Source: Pseudomonadota bacterium | Lineage (GTDB): Bacteria > Pseudomonadota > Gammaproteobacteria > Steroidobacterales > Steroidobacteraceae | Direction: 5' to 3' | Length of the DNA: 64,000 nt | Assembly: GCA_043747835.1 (NCBI GenBank) | Contig: JAYTOK010000053.1 | Location: forward strand, 47,809 to 111,808 | In this document: piece after piece, positions 9,340-17,650 of the stretch | Position numbering within the stretch: position 1 is the stretch's first letter | How the letters are laid out: every line of letters starts with the position of its first letter | Position numbers and translations under genes: made by a program | The notes under the pieces: generated by a model | What the model saw: only the letters and a program-made list of their open reading frames with translations | Told to the model about the DNA's origin: nothing | Database searches by the model: none

Positions 9340-9996
9340 ATGGGAGACAGGCAAGGATTGCGGACACGCGAGGACGGGCGCCATTGGCTACCTTCCCAGG
9401 GAGTCGACCCGGCGCCGCTCGCCGAGCTCAACGCCGAGTGTCTGGGGCTGCTAGCTAGTCGCGCGGCGGACGGCTCGCCGGGTGCGCCGGCGCCGCCTCT
9501 GCTCGCGCTGTTGCGTGAGGAATGGGCGACGCTGTCGACGCAGGCCGTGCGCCGCCTGGCTGCGGCGCCATACAGTCTGTTCGACGTCGGAATCGCGCAG
9601 GCTGGAAGCTGGCTCGAGCGCCGGGCGCCCGGAGTACACGAACAGTCGCAACGCGCCGAGCTGCCATTCTTCGAGCTGTCCGCCGCGCGATCGATCACGC
9701 GCCGAACGCTCGTGTATGCCTGGCACCTCGCGCGCAGCCGGCCGCGTGCCGCGTGTCTGGTCTTCGGGACGACGATCCACGCCGTGGAATCGCTGGCGGC
9801 GTGCTCGTTGTCGGCGCTCGAGTTCGTTGCGGAACGCAATGCCGATGCATTGCGCCCGCGCTGGCCCGGACAAGTCTCGTTCTGGCGCGCGTTGCTGGCC
9901 GCGGCATCAGCCGACACCGATGCGCGACTGCAGGAGTTGCTCCTCGGCGGCATCCAGCGCCTTGCGGCGGAAACACTCGCAGCGCATATTCCTTGA
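9340..9996 (+). CDS. hypothetical protein
   Basis: 218-aa ORF with good G/C third-position bias, divergent from the FlhC-like gene. No family recognised. Competing overlapping ORFs have Arg/Ala-rich junk composition. Confidence 0.5.
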   Translation: MGDRQGLRTREDGRHWLPSQGVDPAPLAELNAECLGLLASRAADGSPGAPAPPLLALLREEWATLSTQAVRRLAAAPYSLFDVGIAQAGSWLERRAPGVHEQSQRAELPFFELSAARSITRRTLVYAWHLARSRPRAACLVFGTTIHAVESLAACSLSALEFVAERNADALRPRWPGQVSFWRALLAAASADTDARLQELLLGGIQRLAAETLAAHIP

Positions 9997-10085
9997 ACTC
10001 CCGTGCGACGGTGCAGGGCGCCGCGCGGGACAAGAAGACGAATTGACGCGGGCAATCCGCAACGCAAAACCTATCGGGGAGCAAA

Positions 10086-12065
10086 ATGAATCTGAACAAG
10101 TCAGCCATCTCGGCGCTGGCCGTCGTGGCTTTGTCGCTTTCGATGACCGCTGCCGGCGCTGCGAGGCAGGACGCGATCGAAGCGCGCGATGCCGCGAAGT
10201 CCGGCACCAGCGCGCGCCTGGGCGCCAATCTCGCGGCCCTGCAACGCGAGTCGGCGCGACGCATTCCGCAGTCCGACGTTACCGCCGCCGCGACGCGCAA
10301 GTCTCCCGCCCTGCGCGCCGCCAACGGTTACGTCTCCATCAGCGCTTACGGTGACGACCTCACCGCGCTGCGCGCGCAACTCGTCGCCAAAGGCCTGCTC
10401 GACGCCACTCAACACCCGACCGCGATCTCCGGCCGCGCGCCGGTGAGCGCGCTCGCGGACATGGCCGCGACGAACGGCCTCAAGTTCCTGCGGCCCACGC
10501 TTGCCATGGTGCGTGCCGCCAGCGTGAAGTCTCAGGGCGATCGTTCGCTGCGTGCGGATCTCGCGCGCCGCGAGGCGGGCGTCAACGGCAAGGGCGTGCG
10601 TATCGGCGTGCTCTCCGACAGCTACGACTGTCTGCCGGGCGCGTTCGAGGAAGGCGCGCCGTTCACGCGCGCCGCGGAAGACATCGCCAACGGCGACTTG
10701 CCGCGCGACCCGCTGATCCTCAAGGACCTCGCGATCTGGCCCAACGGCAATTGTTCGGATGAAGGTCGCGCGATGATGCAACTCATCCACGACGTCGCGC
10801 CGGGTTCGCCGCTGGCGTTCTACACCGCGTTCGTGAGCGAGGCGGATTTCGCCGCGGGCATCCGCGCGCTTGCGGCCGCTGGCTCGAAAGTCATCGTCGA
10901 CGACGTCATCTACTTCGCCGAGCCGATGTTCGAAGACGGCATCATCGCGCAGGCCGTGGATGACGTGCATCGCGACGGCGTCGCGTACTTCTCCTCGGCG
11001 GGCAATGACGCACGCAACTCGTACGAGTCCCGCTTCCGGCTGTCGACCGACGTCGGCCTCTCGGGCGCGCGCCACGATTTCGCGAGCGGCCGCGCCGTGG
11101 ATGCATTGCAGACGGTGACGGCGGGCGCGAGCAGCATCACCTATCTCCCGTTCAACTGGGATCAACCCTCGATCTCGGCGAACGGCACCCGCGGCGCGCT
11201 CAGCGACGTCGACGTCTGGTTCTACGACATGAACGGCGATCCAATCGCGCCGTGCACGTCGGATCCGGACCAGCTCGTCTGCCAGATTCCGGGAATCGAT
11301 TCAAACATCGGGTTCGATGCGATCGAAATCCCGATCCTCGTCAACTTCGGCGAGGAAGACATTCAGGTGCAGGTCGGCATCGAACTCTACGAAGGTCCCG
11401 CGCCTAGCTACATCAAGTACGTGTGGTTCGACGCCGATTTTGGCGTGTTCAGTGTCGACGAATACGACACGGCGAGCGGCACCGTGTACGGCCATGCGAA
11501 CGCCGCCGGCGCCGAAGCCGTCGGCGCTTCCGCTTGGTACCAGACGGAGGAGTGGGGCAGCCCGCTGCGTCCGCAGTGCTTCCCGGCGTGCCTGAATTCC
11601 TTCTCGTCGGCCGGCGGCGTTCCGGTCTTCTTCGGCAGGAATGGCCGTCGACTGCCGCTGCCGGACGTGCGCCTGAAGCCGGGCGTCACTGGCCCCGATG
11701 GCGGAAACACGTCGTTTTTCCTGTTCGACCTCGGTTTCGAGGTACCGGGCACGACTGAGCCGGACGGTATTCCGAATTTCTTCGGAACGTCGGCCTCCGC
11801 GCCCCACGTGGCGGCGGTGGCCGCGCTGCTGCTCGACCAGCGTGCACGTGACATAGCCGCCCGAAAGAGGTTCATTGGGCCCCGCAATTTGACGCCCGAT
11901 TTGATTTATTGGGCACTACGCCTCACGGCGGACGACATGAAATTGCGAAACTTCGGGGGCGACATTGGACCTCAACGCGTCGATAATGCACACGGGTTCG
12001 ATTTCGACACCGGATTCGGATTTGTCGATGCGCAGCGAGCGCTGCGCGCAACCCGCGGCTTCTAA
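10086..12065 (+). CDS. secreted S8-family (subtilisin-like) serine peptidase
   Basis: Signal peptide (ALAVVALSLSMTAAGAA). Asp motif GVRIGVLSDSYD, His region LIHDVAPGS and Ser motif FFGTSASAPHVAAVAALL. Confidence 0.8.
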   Translation: MNLNKSAISALAVVALSLSMTAAGAARQDAIEARDAAKSGTSARLGANLAALQRESARRIPQSDVTAAATRKSPALRAANGYVSISAYGDDLTALRAQLVAKGLLDATQHPTAISGRAPVSALADMAATNGLKFLRPTLAMVRAASVKSQGDRSLRADLARREAGVNGKGVRIGVLSDSYDCLPGAFEEGAPFTRAAEDIANGDLPRDPLILKDLAIWPNGNCSDEGRAMMQLIHDVAPGSPLAFYTAFVSEADFAAGIRALAAAGSKVIVDDVIYFAEPMFEDGIIAQAVDDVHRDGVAYFSSAGNDARNSYESRFRLSTDVGLSGARHDFASGRAVDALQTVTAGASSITYLPFNWDQPSISANGTRGALSDVDVWFYDMNGDPIAPCTSDPDQLVCQIPGIDSNIGFDAIEIPILVNFGEEDIQVQVGIELYEGPAPSYIKYVWFDADFGVFSVDEYDTASGTVYGHANAAGAEAVGASAWYQTEEWGSPLRPQCFPACLNSFSSAGGVPVFFGRNGRRLPLPDVRLKPGVTGPDGGNTSFFLFDLGFEVPGTTEPDGIPNFFGTSASAPHVAAVAALLLDQRARDIAARKRFIGPRNLTPDLIYWALRLTADDMKLRNFGGDIGPQRVDNAHGFDFDTGFGFVDAQRALRATRGF

Positions 12066-12076
12066 CTAACAGGGCT

Positions 12077-12108
12077 CCGGCATCCACCGTGCAAGCGGTG
12101 GATGCCGG
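12077..12108 (+). terminator. 13-bp perfect stem-loop after the S8 peptidase gene (no U-tract)
   Basis: CCGGCATCCACCG-tgcaag-CGGTGGATGCCGG, 11 nt after the stop codon. Confidence 0.45.
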
Positions 12109-12159
12109 AACGCCTACGCTGGAGGCCGCGTCGATTTCAGTCACGGAGCCAGCTGACAC

Positions 12160-12840
12160 ATGCTTTCGACTGCCCGCGCAGTAACTCTCGCCTTCGTCCT
12201 CGTTCCCGGCCTGGCGTTCGCCCAGGCAGGACCTGCCGATCCGCAGATCATCGTCGCGGCGCCCACGGCAAAAGTGAACGTCGGCACGCGCAAGCTCGCG
12301 GGCCAGGTCGTCGCAACCGTGCGCGTCGACAACGAAGGCAAGGCGCGCGATGTGCTCGTGACGGAGATCACCGCGGATCCTTCCTTCGAATCGCCGATCG
12401 TAAAAGTGCTGCAGAGCGCCCGGTTCCGGCCGGCCATCGACGAGGCCGGCAAGCCGATCGAGGCGAGCATCGAAGTGAAGGTGGAATTGCGTCCGTCGAC
12501 CGGCGCGGAACCCAAACCGTCCGCGGCGAAGCCCGACCCGCAGCTCACCGAGAAAGAGAAGGCGCGCATCCGCAGGATGACCTGCGCGGACTTCAACTGG
12601 GAATGGGAAATCATCCGCGACGCCGCGGACGATGCCGCGGCCACTGAATTCATGCCGCGCATCGCGACGACGATGTACGCCGCGTCGCGCACCGAGGCGG
12701 GCGAGTACGTCGATGCGAAAGTCTGGAAGGCCGCGCCGAAGGCACTTCGCGAAGCGGCGGATCGCTGCGAGGACACGCCACAGGCCGCGTTCTGGCAGGA
12801 TACGTTCAAATCGGTGATGGATGTCGCCGTGCCGAAGTGA
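12160..12840 (+). CDS. periplasmic protein with TonB C-terminal-like domain
   Basis: Signal peptide (LAFVLVPGLAFAQA). The segment VVATVRVDNEGKARDVLVTEITADPSFESPIVKVLQSARFRPA resembles the TonB_C fold motif. Confidence 0.55.
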   Translation: MLSTARAVTLAFVLVPGLAFAQAGPADPQIIVAAPTAKVNVGTRKLAGQVVATVRVDNEGKARDVLVTEITADPSFESPIVKVLQSARFRPAIDEAGKPIEASIEVKVELRPSTGAEPKPSAAKPDPQLTEKEKARIRRMTCADFNWEWEIIRDAADDAAATEFMPRIATTMYAASRTEAGEYVDAKVWKAAPKALREAADRCEDTPQAAFWQDTFKSVMDVAVPK

Positions 12841-13853
12841 TGCAGTCGTCCGAACTACCTCGTTCGGACCTACCTCTTTCGGACAATGGAATCGGCGCCG
12901 CGAGACCTCAAGCTTCCCCGATCATGCATGCACTGGAGATTCGCGGTCTCACGAAGACCTATAAGAACGGCGTTCAGGCGCTGAAGGGCGTCGACCTGGA
13001 TGTCGACCAGGGCGATTTCTTCGCGTTGTTAGGCCCGAACGGCGCGGGCAAGACCACGCTGATCGGCATTCTGACGTCCCTCGTGAACAAGTCGGCGGGC
13101 ACCGTGAGCGTGTTCGGTCACGATCTCGACCGCGAGCTCGAAGCGGCCAAGGCCTGCATCGGTATCGTCCCGCAGGAAATCAACTTCAACCAGTTCGAGA
13201 CGCCGCAGACCATTCTGGTGAACCAGGCGGGCTTTTACGGCATAGAGCGCGCGATCGCGCGCGAACGCGCGGAAAAATACCTCTCGCTGCTCCAGCTCCT
13301 GGACAAGCGCAACAAGATGGCGCGCGGGCTGTCGGGCGGCATGAAGCGGCGGCTCATGATCGCTCGCGCGCTGGTGCACGAACCCAAACTACTCATCCTC
13401 GACGAGCCGACGGCCGGCGTGGACATCGAAATCCGGCGCTCGATGTGGGATTTTCTGCGCGAGATCAACACGCGCGGCACCACCATCATCCTCACGACCC
13501 ACTACCTCGAGGAAGCGGAGACGCTCTGCCGCAACATCGCCATCATCAACGGCGGCCTGATCGCCGAGCGCGATCGCATGTCGAGCCTGCTGCGCAGACT
13601 CCAGGTGGAAACCTTCGTGTTCAACCTGCGCGAGACGCTCTCCACGGTGCCGCTTGTGCCGGGTTACGAGTTCGAGCTACTCGACGAGCACACGCTACAG
13701 GTCGAGGTTTCCAAGGAACAGAGCCTCAACGAGGTGTTCGCGAAGCTCTCGGAAGCCGGCATCCACGTGCTGTCCATGCGCAACAAGGTGAACCGGCTCG
13801 AGGAACTGTTCATGAAGCTCGTCGAGCGGCCGGCCGCTGGAGCAAAGGCGTGA
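12837..13853 (+). CDS. ABC transporter ATP-binding protein (ABC-2 type exporter)
   Basis: Walker A GPNGAGKTT, signature LSGGMKRR and Walker B LLILDEPT. The start is ambiguous: GTG at 12837 overlaps the upstream stop, and ATG at 12924 gives the typical MHALEIRGLTK N-terminus. Confidence 0.9.
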   Translation: MMQSSELPRSDLPLSDNGIGAARPQASPIMHALEIRGLTKTYKNGVQALKGVDLDVDQGDFFALLGPNGAGKTTLIGILTSLVNKSAGTVSVFGHDLDRELEAAKACIGIVPQEINFNQFETPQTILVNQAGFYGIERAIARERAEKYLSLLQLLDKRNKMARGLSGGMKRRLMIARALVHEPKLLILDEPTAGVDIEIRRSMWDFLREINTRGTTIILTTHYLEEAETLCRNIAIINGGLIAERDRMSSLLRRLQVETFVFNLRETLSTVPLVPGYEFELLDEHTLQVEVSKEQSLNEVFAKLSEAGIHVLSMRNKVNRLEELFMKLVERPAAGAKA

Positions 13854-14665
13854 GCGCGTCCGATCCCTCTCGCGACGCGGATTCTCCCAAAGCCCTGGGG
13901 CGCGCGCGCTGGGTCGGATTCAAAACCATCATCATCCGCGAATACGGCCGCATCATCCGCATCTGGGCGCAGACGATCGTCCCCTCGGCCGTGACGTCCG
14001 CTTTGTACTTCGTCATCTTCGGTAGTTTGATCGGCCAGCGCGTCGGCCTCATGGACGGCGTGCCGTACATGCAGTACATCGCCCCCGGTCTCATCATGAT
14101 GGCGGTGATCACCAACTCCTACGGCAACGTCGTGTCCTCTTTCTTCGGCGCGAAATTCGGCAAGCATGTCGAGGAAATGCTCGTGGCTCCCTTGCCGAAC
14201 TGGGTCATCGTCCTGGGTTACGTCGGCGGCGGACTGCTGCGCGGCTTTCTCGTCGGCGGCGCGGTGACCATCGTCTCGTTGATCTTCACGCGGCTCGCCG
14301 TCCACCACGCTTTCGTGATCTTCGCGGCGGTCGTGCTCACGTCGATCGTGTTCTCGCTCGCCGGCTTCATCAACGCGCAGTTCGCGAAGAATTTCGATCA
14401 GGTGAACTGGATCCCGACGTTCGTTCTCACTCCGTTGACCTACTTCGGCGGCGTGTTCTACTCGATCTCGCTGTTGCCTGAGTGGGCGCGGCACATCAGC
14501 TACGCGAACCCTATCCTGCACATGGTCAACGCGTTCCGCTACGGCTTCCTCGGCACCAGCGACGTCCACGTCGGCACGGCGTTCGCGATCATGGCCGCGT
14601 TCGCCGTCGCGCTGTTCGGTGTCGCGATGTTCTTCATGAACCGCGGCACGGGCATGCGGGAGTAG
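13850..14665 (+). CDS. ABC-2 family transporter permease
   Basis: Track ORF 13445..14665 trimmed to the GTG at 13850 (GTGA overlap with the ATPase stop). Six predicted TM helices and ABC-2 type membrane protein composition. Confidence 0.85.
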   Translation: MSASDPSRDADSPKALGRARWVGFKTIIIREYGRIIRIWAQTIVPSAVTSALYFVIFGSLIGQRVGLMDGVPYMQYIAPGLIMMAVITNSYGNVVSSFFGAKFGKHVEEMLVAPLPNWVIVLGYVGGGLLRGFLVGGAVTIVSLIFTRLAVHHAFVIFAAVVLTSIVFSLAGFINAQFAKNFDQVNWIPTFVLTPLTYFGGVFYSISLLPEWARHISYANPILHMVNAFRYGFLGTSDVHVGTAFAIMAAFAVALFGVAMFFMNRGTGMRE

Positions 14666-14725
14666 CGACCCGCCCGCGCGAATCTCCTTGTTAGGTTTCG
14701 CGGCGCCCGGAGACTATTCGGGGTA

Positions 14726-15229
14726 TTGAGCCGCAACAGCGAATTCGACGCGCTGGTCCGCCAGCACCTGGCGATGATCGGCCGTATCTGCGCCAGCTAC
14801 GAGAGGGATCGTGAGCTCGCGCGGGAGCTGACGCAGGAAGTCCTCTTCGCGATATGGCGCGCGCTGCCCGCGCGTCGTGGCGAGAGCTCGCTCAAGACCT
14901 TCGTCGCGCGCATTGCGCAGTTCCGCGCGATCTCGCACGTGGCGAAGTTGAGCCGCCTGCCGTTCGGAGAGGCGCTCGACGAGTCGCTGCTCGATGCACG
15001 CGCATCTCCCGACGCCGCCGCGATCGCGGCGGACGAGCGGAACCGTCTGTTGGCCGCCGTGCAGCGCCTGCCGCTCAAGTACCGCGAAGCCGCGGTTCTC
15101 TTCCTGGAAGACCTCACACCCGCCGAGATCGCCGGTGTGCTCGGGCTCACGCCCGAACTGGTTGCCGTGCGTCTGAGTCGTGCCCGCGCACTGCTGCGCA
15201 AACTATTGGGAGCCACCGATGAAAAATGA
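14726..15229 (+). CDS. ECF-type RNA polymerase sigma-70 family factor
   Basis: 167 aa. Region 2 (ELTQEVLFAIWRAL) and region 4 HTH (YREAAVLFLEDLTPAEIAGVLGLTPELVAVRLSRAR). Confidence 0.85.
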   Translation: MSRNSEFDALVRQHLAMIGRICASYERDRELARELTQEVLFAIWRALPARRGESSLKTFVARIAQFRAISHVAKLSRLPFGEALDESLLDARASPDAAAIAADERNRLLAAVQRLPLKYREAAVLFLEDLTPAEIAGVLGLTPELVAVRLSRARALLRKLLGATDEK

Positions 15230-15791
15230 ACAAGGTGAATGGAACGCATTGAAAGTCGGCTGGCGCGCCGAGACGTCGGCGGATGAAGCGCTGGGGGCCC
15301 GCCTTTACTCATCGCTACGCTGGCGGATCTGGGCGTCGCGCACGTGGTTCACGTCCGAGCTCGTCTCGTTCGCGCTGCTCGCGCTCATCATCGTGCAGAA
15401 ATTCGCCGTGGGCGAGACCTTCGCCGCTGCGTGGCTGACCGCGATCGCAGGCATCTGTGTGATCGGCTACGTCTGGGCCGGCCGCGCGCGGCGAATCGGC
15501 GCGGCCGGATCGATCTTAGGCATGATCGATCTCAGTCTCGCGCGCGCTCGCCAGGGTCTGCGCATCGTCTACGGCAGCTACGTCGTGATCGCGATGCTGC
15601 TGGTCCCGGTCTTCAAGGAGGCTGAGTGGCCACTCGACGGCCACGACCGCTTCATCGCGCGAATGGTGTGGTTAGGCTTCAGCACCTCGGCCGCCATTGC
15701 CTATCACCTCGTCACACTCTCGCGATTGCAGCGCTTCGAATCGCTGCAACGCCTGTACCGCGGACGTGAAAGTTCCGACACCTGCGGCTGA
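15219..15791 (+). CDS. polytopic membrane protein, candidate atypical anti-sigma factor
   Basis: Trimmed to MKNEQGEW...; overlaps the sigma gene by 11 nt. About 4 TM helices. No zinc anti-sigma HxxxCxxC motif. Confidence 0.5.
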   Translation: MKNEQGEWNALKVGWRAETSADEALGARLYSSLRWRIWASRTWFTSELVSFALLALIIVQKFAVGETFAAAWLTAIAGICVIGYVWAGRARRIGAAGSILGMIDLSLARARQGLRIVYGSYVVIAMLLVPVFKEAEWPLDGHDRFIARMVWLGFSTSAAIAYHLVTLSRLQRFESLQRLYRGRESSDTCG

Positions 15792-15800
15792 CGTCCCGCG

Positions 15801-16034
15801 CTACTCCGTCGCGGCTTCCGCGGCCGCGCGCTGATCGGCCGCGGCTTGCTGCGCGGCTTCGATCTGCTTCTCCACCTTCTCCTGCATTTCTTTCGCTTGC
15901 TTCGCCTGTTCGGCGGCACTCGCGCCGTTCGCGGCGGCCGCTGCGCCGGTCTCGGCGAGACCGCAACCGGTGAGTACGCCCAGCATCGCGAGCGCGGCGA
16001 TTGAGTTGCGAGTGTTGGAAATCTTCGGGTTCAT
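15801..16034 (-). CDS. small Ala/Gln/Glu-rich lipoprotein
   Basis: Trimmed to MNPKISNTRNSIAALAMLGVLTGC (lipobox LTGC). ATGA overlap with the upstream hydrolase stop. Confidence 0.55.
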   Translation of the reverse strand: MNPKISNTRNSIAALAMLGVLTGCGLAETGAAAAANGASAAEQAKQAKEMQEKVEKQIEAAQQAAADQRAAAEAATE

Positions 16035-16906
16035 GGATCCTCCTGAGGCTCTCTTATTACGCCGTTCGTCGCCAGAAAACCGAGTACCAGATCCCATCGC
16101 GCGGGGCAGTCGTTGTGGCCACAGGTCTCGAGGTGCAGTGTCGCGCGGCGTGCGACGGTGGCCAGGGCTCGCGCATTGCGTGCGTCGAATGTCCGGTCGA
16201 GCGTGCCGTGCAACAGCAGCACCGGTCCGTCGTACTTCGCGAGCACGCCGCGGGTGTCGAACTGGTTGAGCAGGAGGTAGCGGGGGACGCCGTACGCCAT
16301 CACGACTTCCTCGAAATTCTCGAACGTCGATTCGAGCACCAGCGCGGCGAGCATGCGTCGCGCCGCGAGCTGCGCGATCGCGCCACCGCCCAGGGACCGG
16401 CCGTAGCCCAAGATGCGCCGCGCGTCGATGCGCGGCTCCGACGCCGCCCAGTCGTACGCGGCGACGTGCGCCGCGGTGAGACTGTCGTCCGACGGCGAGC
16501 CTTCGGACCGCCCGTAACCCGGGTATTCGACCTGCAGCACGCCAACACCGGCATCGCGCAGCGTCGCGAAGTCGCCGGCGCGCATGTCGATGAGCTCGCC
16601 GTTGCCGTGCGCGTAGATGAGGAGCGGGGAAGGGCCGGCCGGTTTGCGCGGCGGCAGGTACCAGGCCTCGACGCGGTTGCCGTCGGCGTCGAGCCAGAGC
16701 TGTTCGCCTCCGTTCGCCGCGAGCGCGCCGGGATTCCAGGCGGTTGCGGGCGGGCGCGGGAAGGTCACGAATCGCTGGATCAGGTAGGTGGCCACGAAGC
16801 CGCCCGCGATGAACAGCAGCCCCACGATTCCCGCAACGATGAGCGTGCGGCGCGGAAAAAGAACAGGGCCCGATCCGCGCGGCGGAACGGGCCCTGCCTC
16901 CGTCAT
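16031..16906 (-). CDS. alpha/beta hydrolase, membrane-anchored
   Basis: N-terminal TM helix, nucleophile elbow GRSLGG, and an HG dipeptide (IYAHGNG). Confidence 0.8.
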   Translation of the reverse strand: MTEAGPVPPRGSGPVLFPRRTLIVAGIVGLLFIAGGFVATYLIQRFVTFPRPPATAWNPGALAANGGEQLWLDADGNRVEAWYLPPRKPAGPSPLLIYAHGNGELIDMRAGDFATLRDAGVGVLQVEYPGYGRSEGSPSDDSLTAAHVAAYDWAASEPRIDARRILGYGRSLGGGAIAQLAARRMLAALVLESTFENFEEVVMAYGVPRYLLLNQFDTRGVLAKYDGPVLLLHGTLDRTFDARNARALATVARRATLHLETCGHNDCPARWDLVLGFLATNGVIREPQEDP

Positions 16907-16913
16907 CTAACTA

Positions 16914-17513
16914 TTACTTCTGCTTCCAGGCGCCGGCATCGTCCTGGTAGTAGGTGCCCGCCTTGGCCTTCGCGACCCAGCGACGCGCGAAGCTCTTGCG
17001 GATGTCGCTCTCCCACTCGGGGTGGTTGTTGGCCTTGGCGACTTCCGTGTAGAGCGCCGCGCGATCCGCGTTGTCCTCGGACACGAGACGCTTGACCGTC
17101 GCGCGCTCCGGCAGCGGCACCGCGTTGAGGTCGCGCACGTCGATGTTGCCGTTGTTGGTGAGACCGATCGCGCCACTCGAAAAATACTTCTCGATCTCCG
17201 GATAGCGCTTGCCCATGGAACCCGAGATCTGCGTGATCGCGGGCGAGCTGACGTCGATCGACTCGGCGCCCTGCGCATGGGCGGCCGGAACGAGCGCATT
17301 CAGCGCGCCGCCAATCGCGGCCACGAGGTAGTCAGGCTTTTCCGCGGGGAGGTAGTACGACTGCGGAGGCGTCGTGCCGCCCTTGGTGATGTTGTCGATC
17401 ACCTGATCGGCGGCCTTGTCGGCCGCGGCGGCCGGGAAATACACGTTGATCGTGACGCAGGCGGTGATCAGAACACTCGCCAGTGCAATCTTCAGCGGCA
17501 ATACGCGTCGCAT
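16914..17513 (-). CDS. YdbL (DUF1318) family protein with an N-terminal YnbE-like lipoprotein segment (apparent fusion)
   Basis: Trimmed to MRRVLPLKIALASVLITAC (lipobox). The C-terminal ~110 aa match the DUF1318 pattern (LVSEDNADRAALYTEVAKANN...AKAGTYYQDDAGAWKQK). An internal second signal-like segment is LVAAIGGALNALVPAAHAQG. Confidence 0.7.
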   Translation of the reverse strand: MRRVLPLKIALASVLITACVTINVYFPAAAADKAADQVIDNITKGGTTPPQSYYLPAEKPDYLVAAIGGALNALVPAAHAQGAESIDVSSPAITQISGSMGKRYPEIEKYFSSGAIGLTNNGNIDVRDLNAVPLPERATVKRLVSEDNADRAALYTEVAKANNHPEWESDIRKSFARRWVAKAKAGTYYQDDAGAWKQK

Positions 17514-17650
17514 TGATGAACTCCTTAATTCCAAGCACGAGCTCGGACGCGTGACATGATCGGGGCAGAGCGATGAATGCGCCCTGAACGCGTCATACGT
17601 CACATGTGCGCGCGATTATTGGGCCGAAACGGCGCGGCGTCCATCGTGGC

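Noticed and set aside
8581-12065. The FlhC-like gene as a marker of an integrative conjugative element or prophage
   Set aside because: There is no integrase, relaxase, T4SS, partition or phage structural gene, and no flanking tRNA or direct repeats. GC and codon bias look like the rest of the window.
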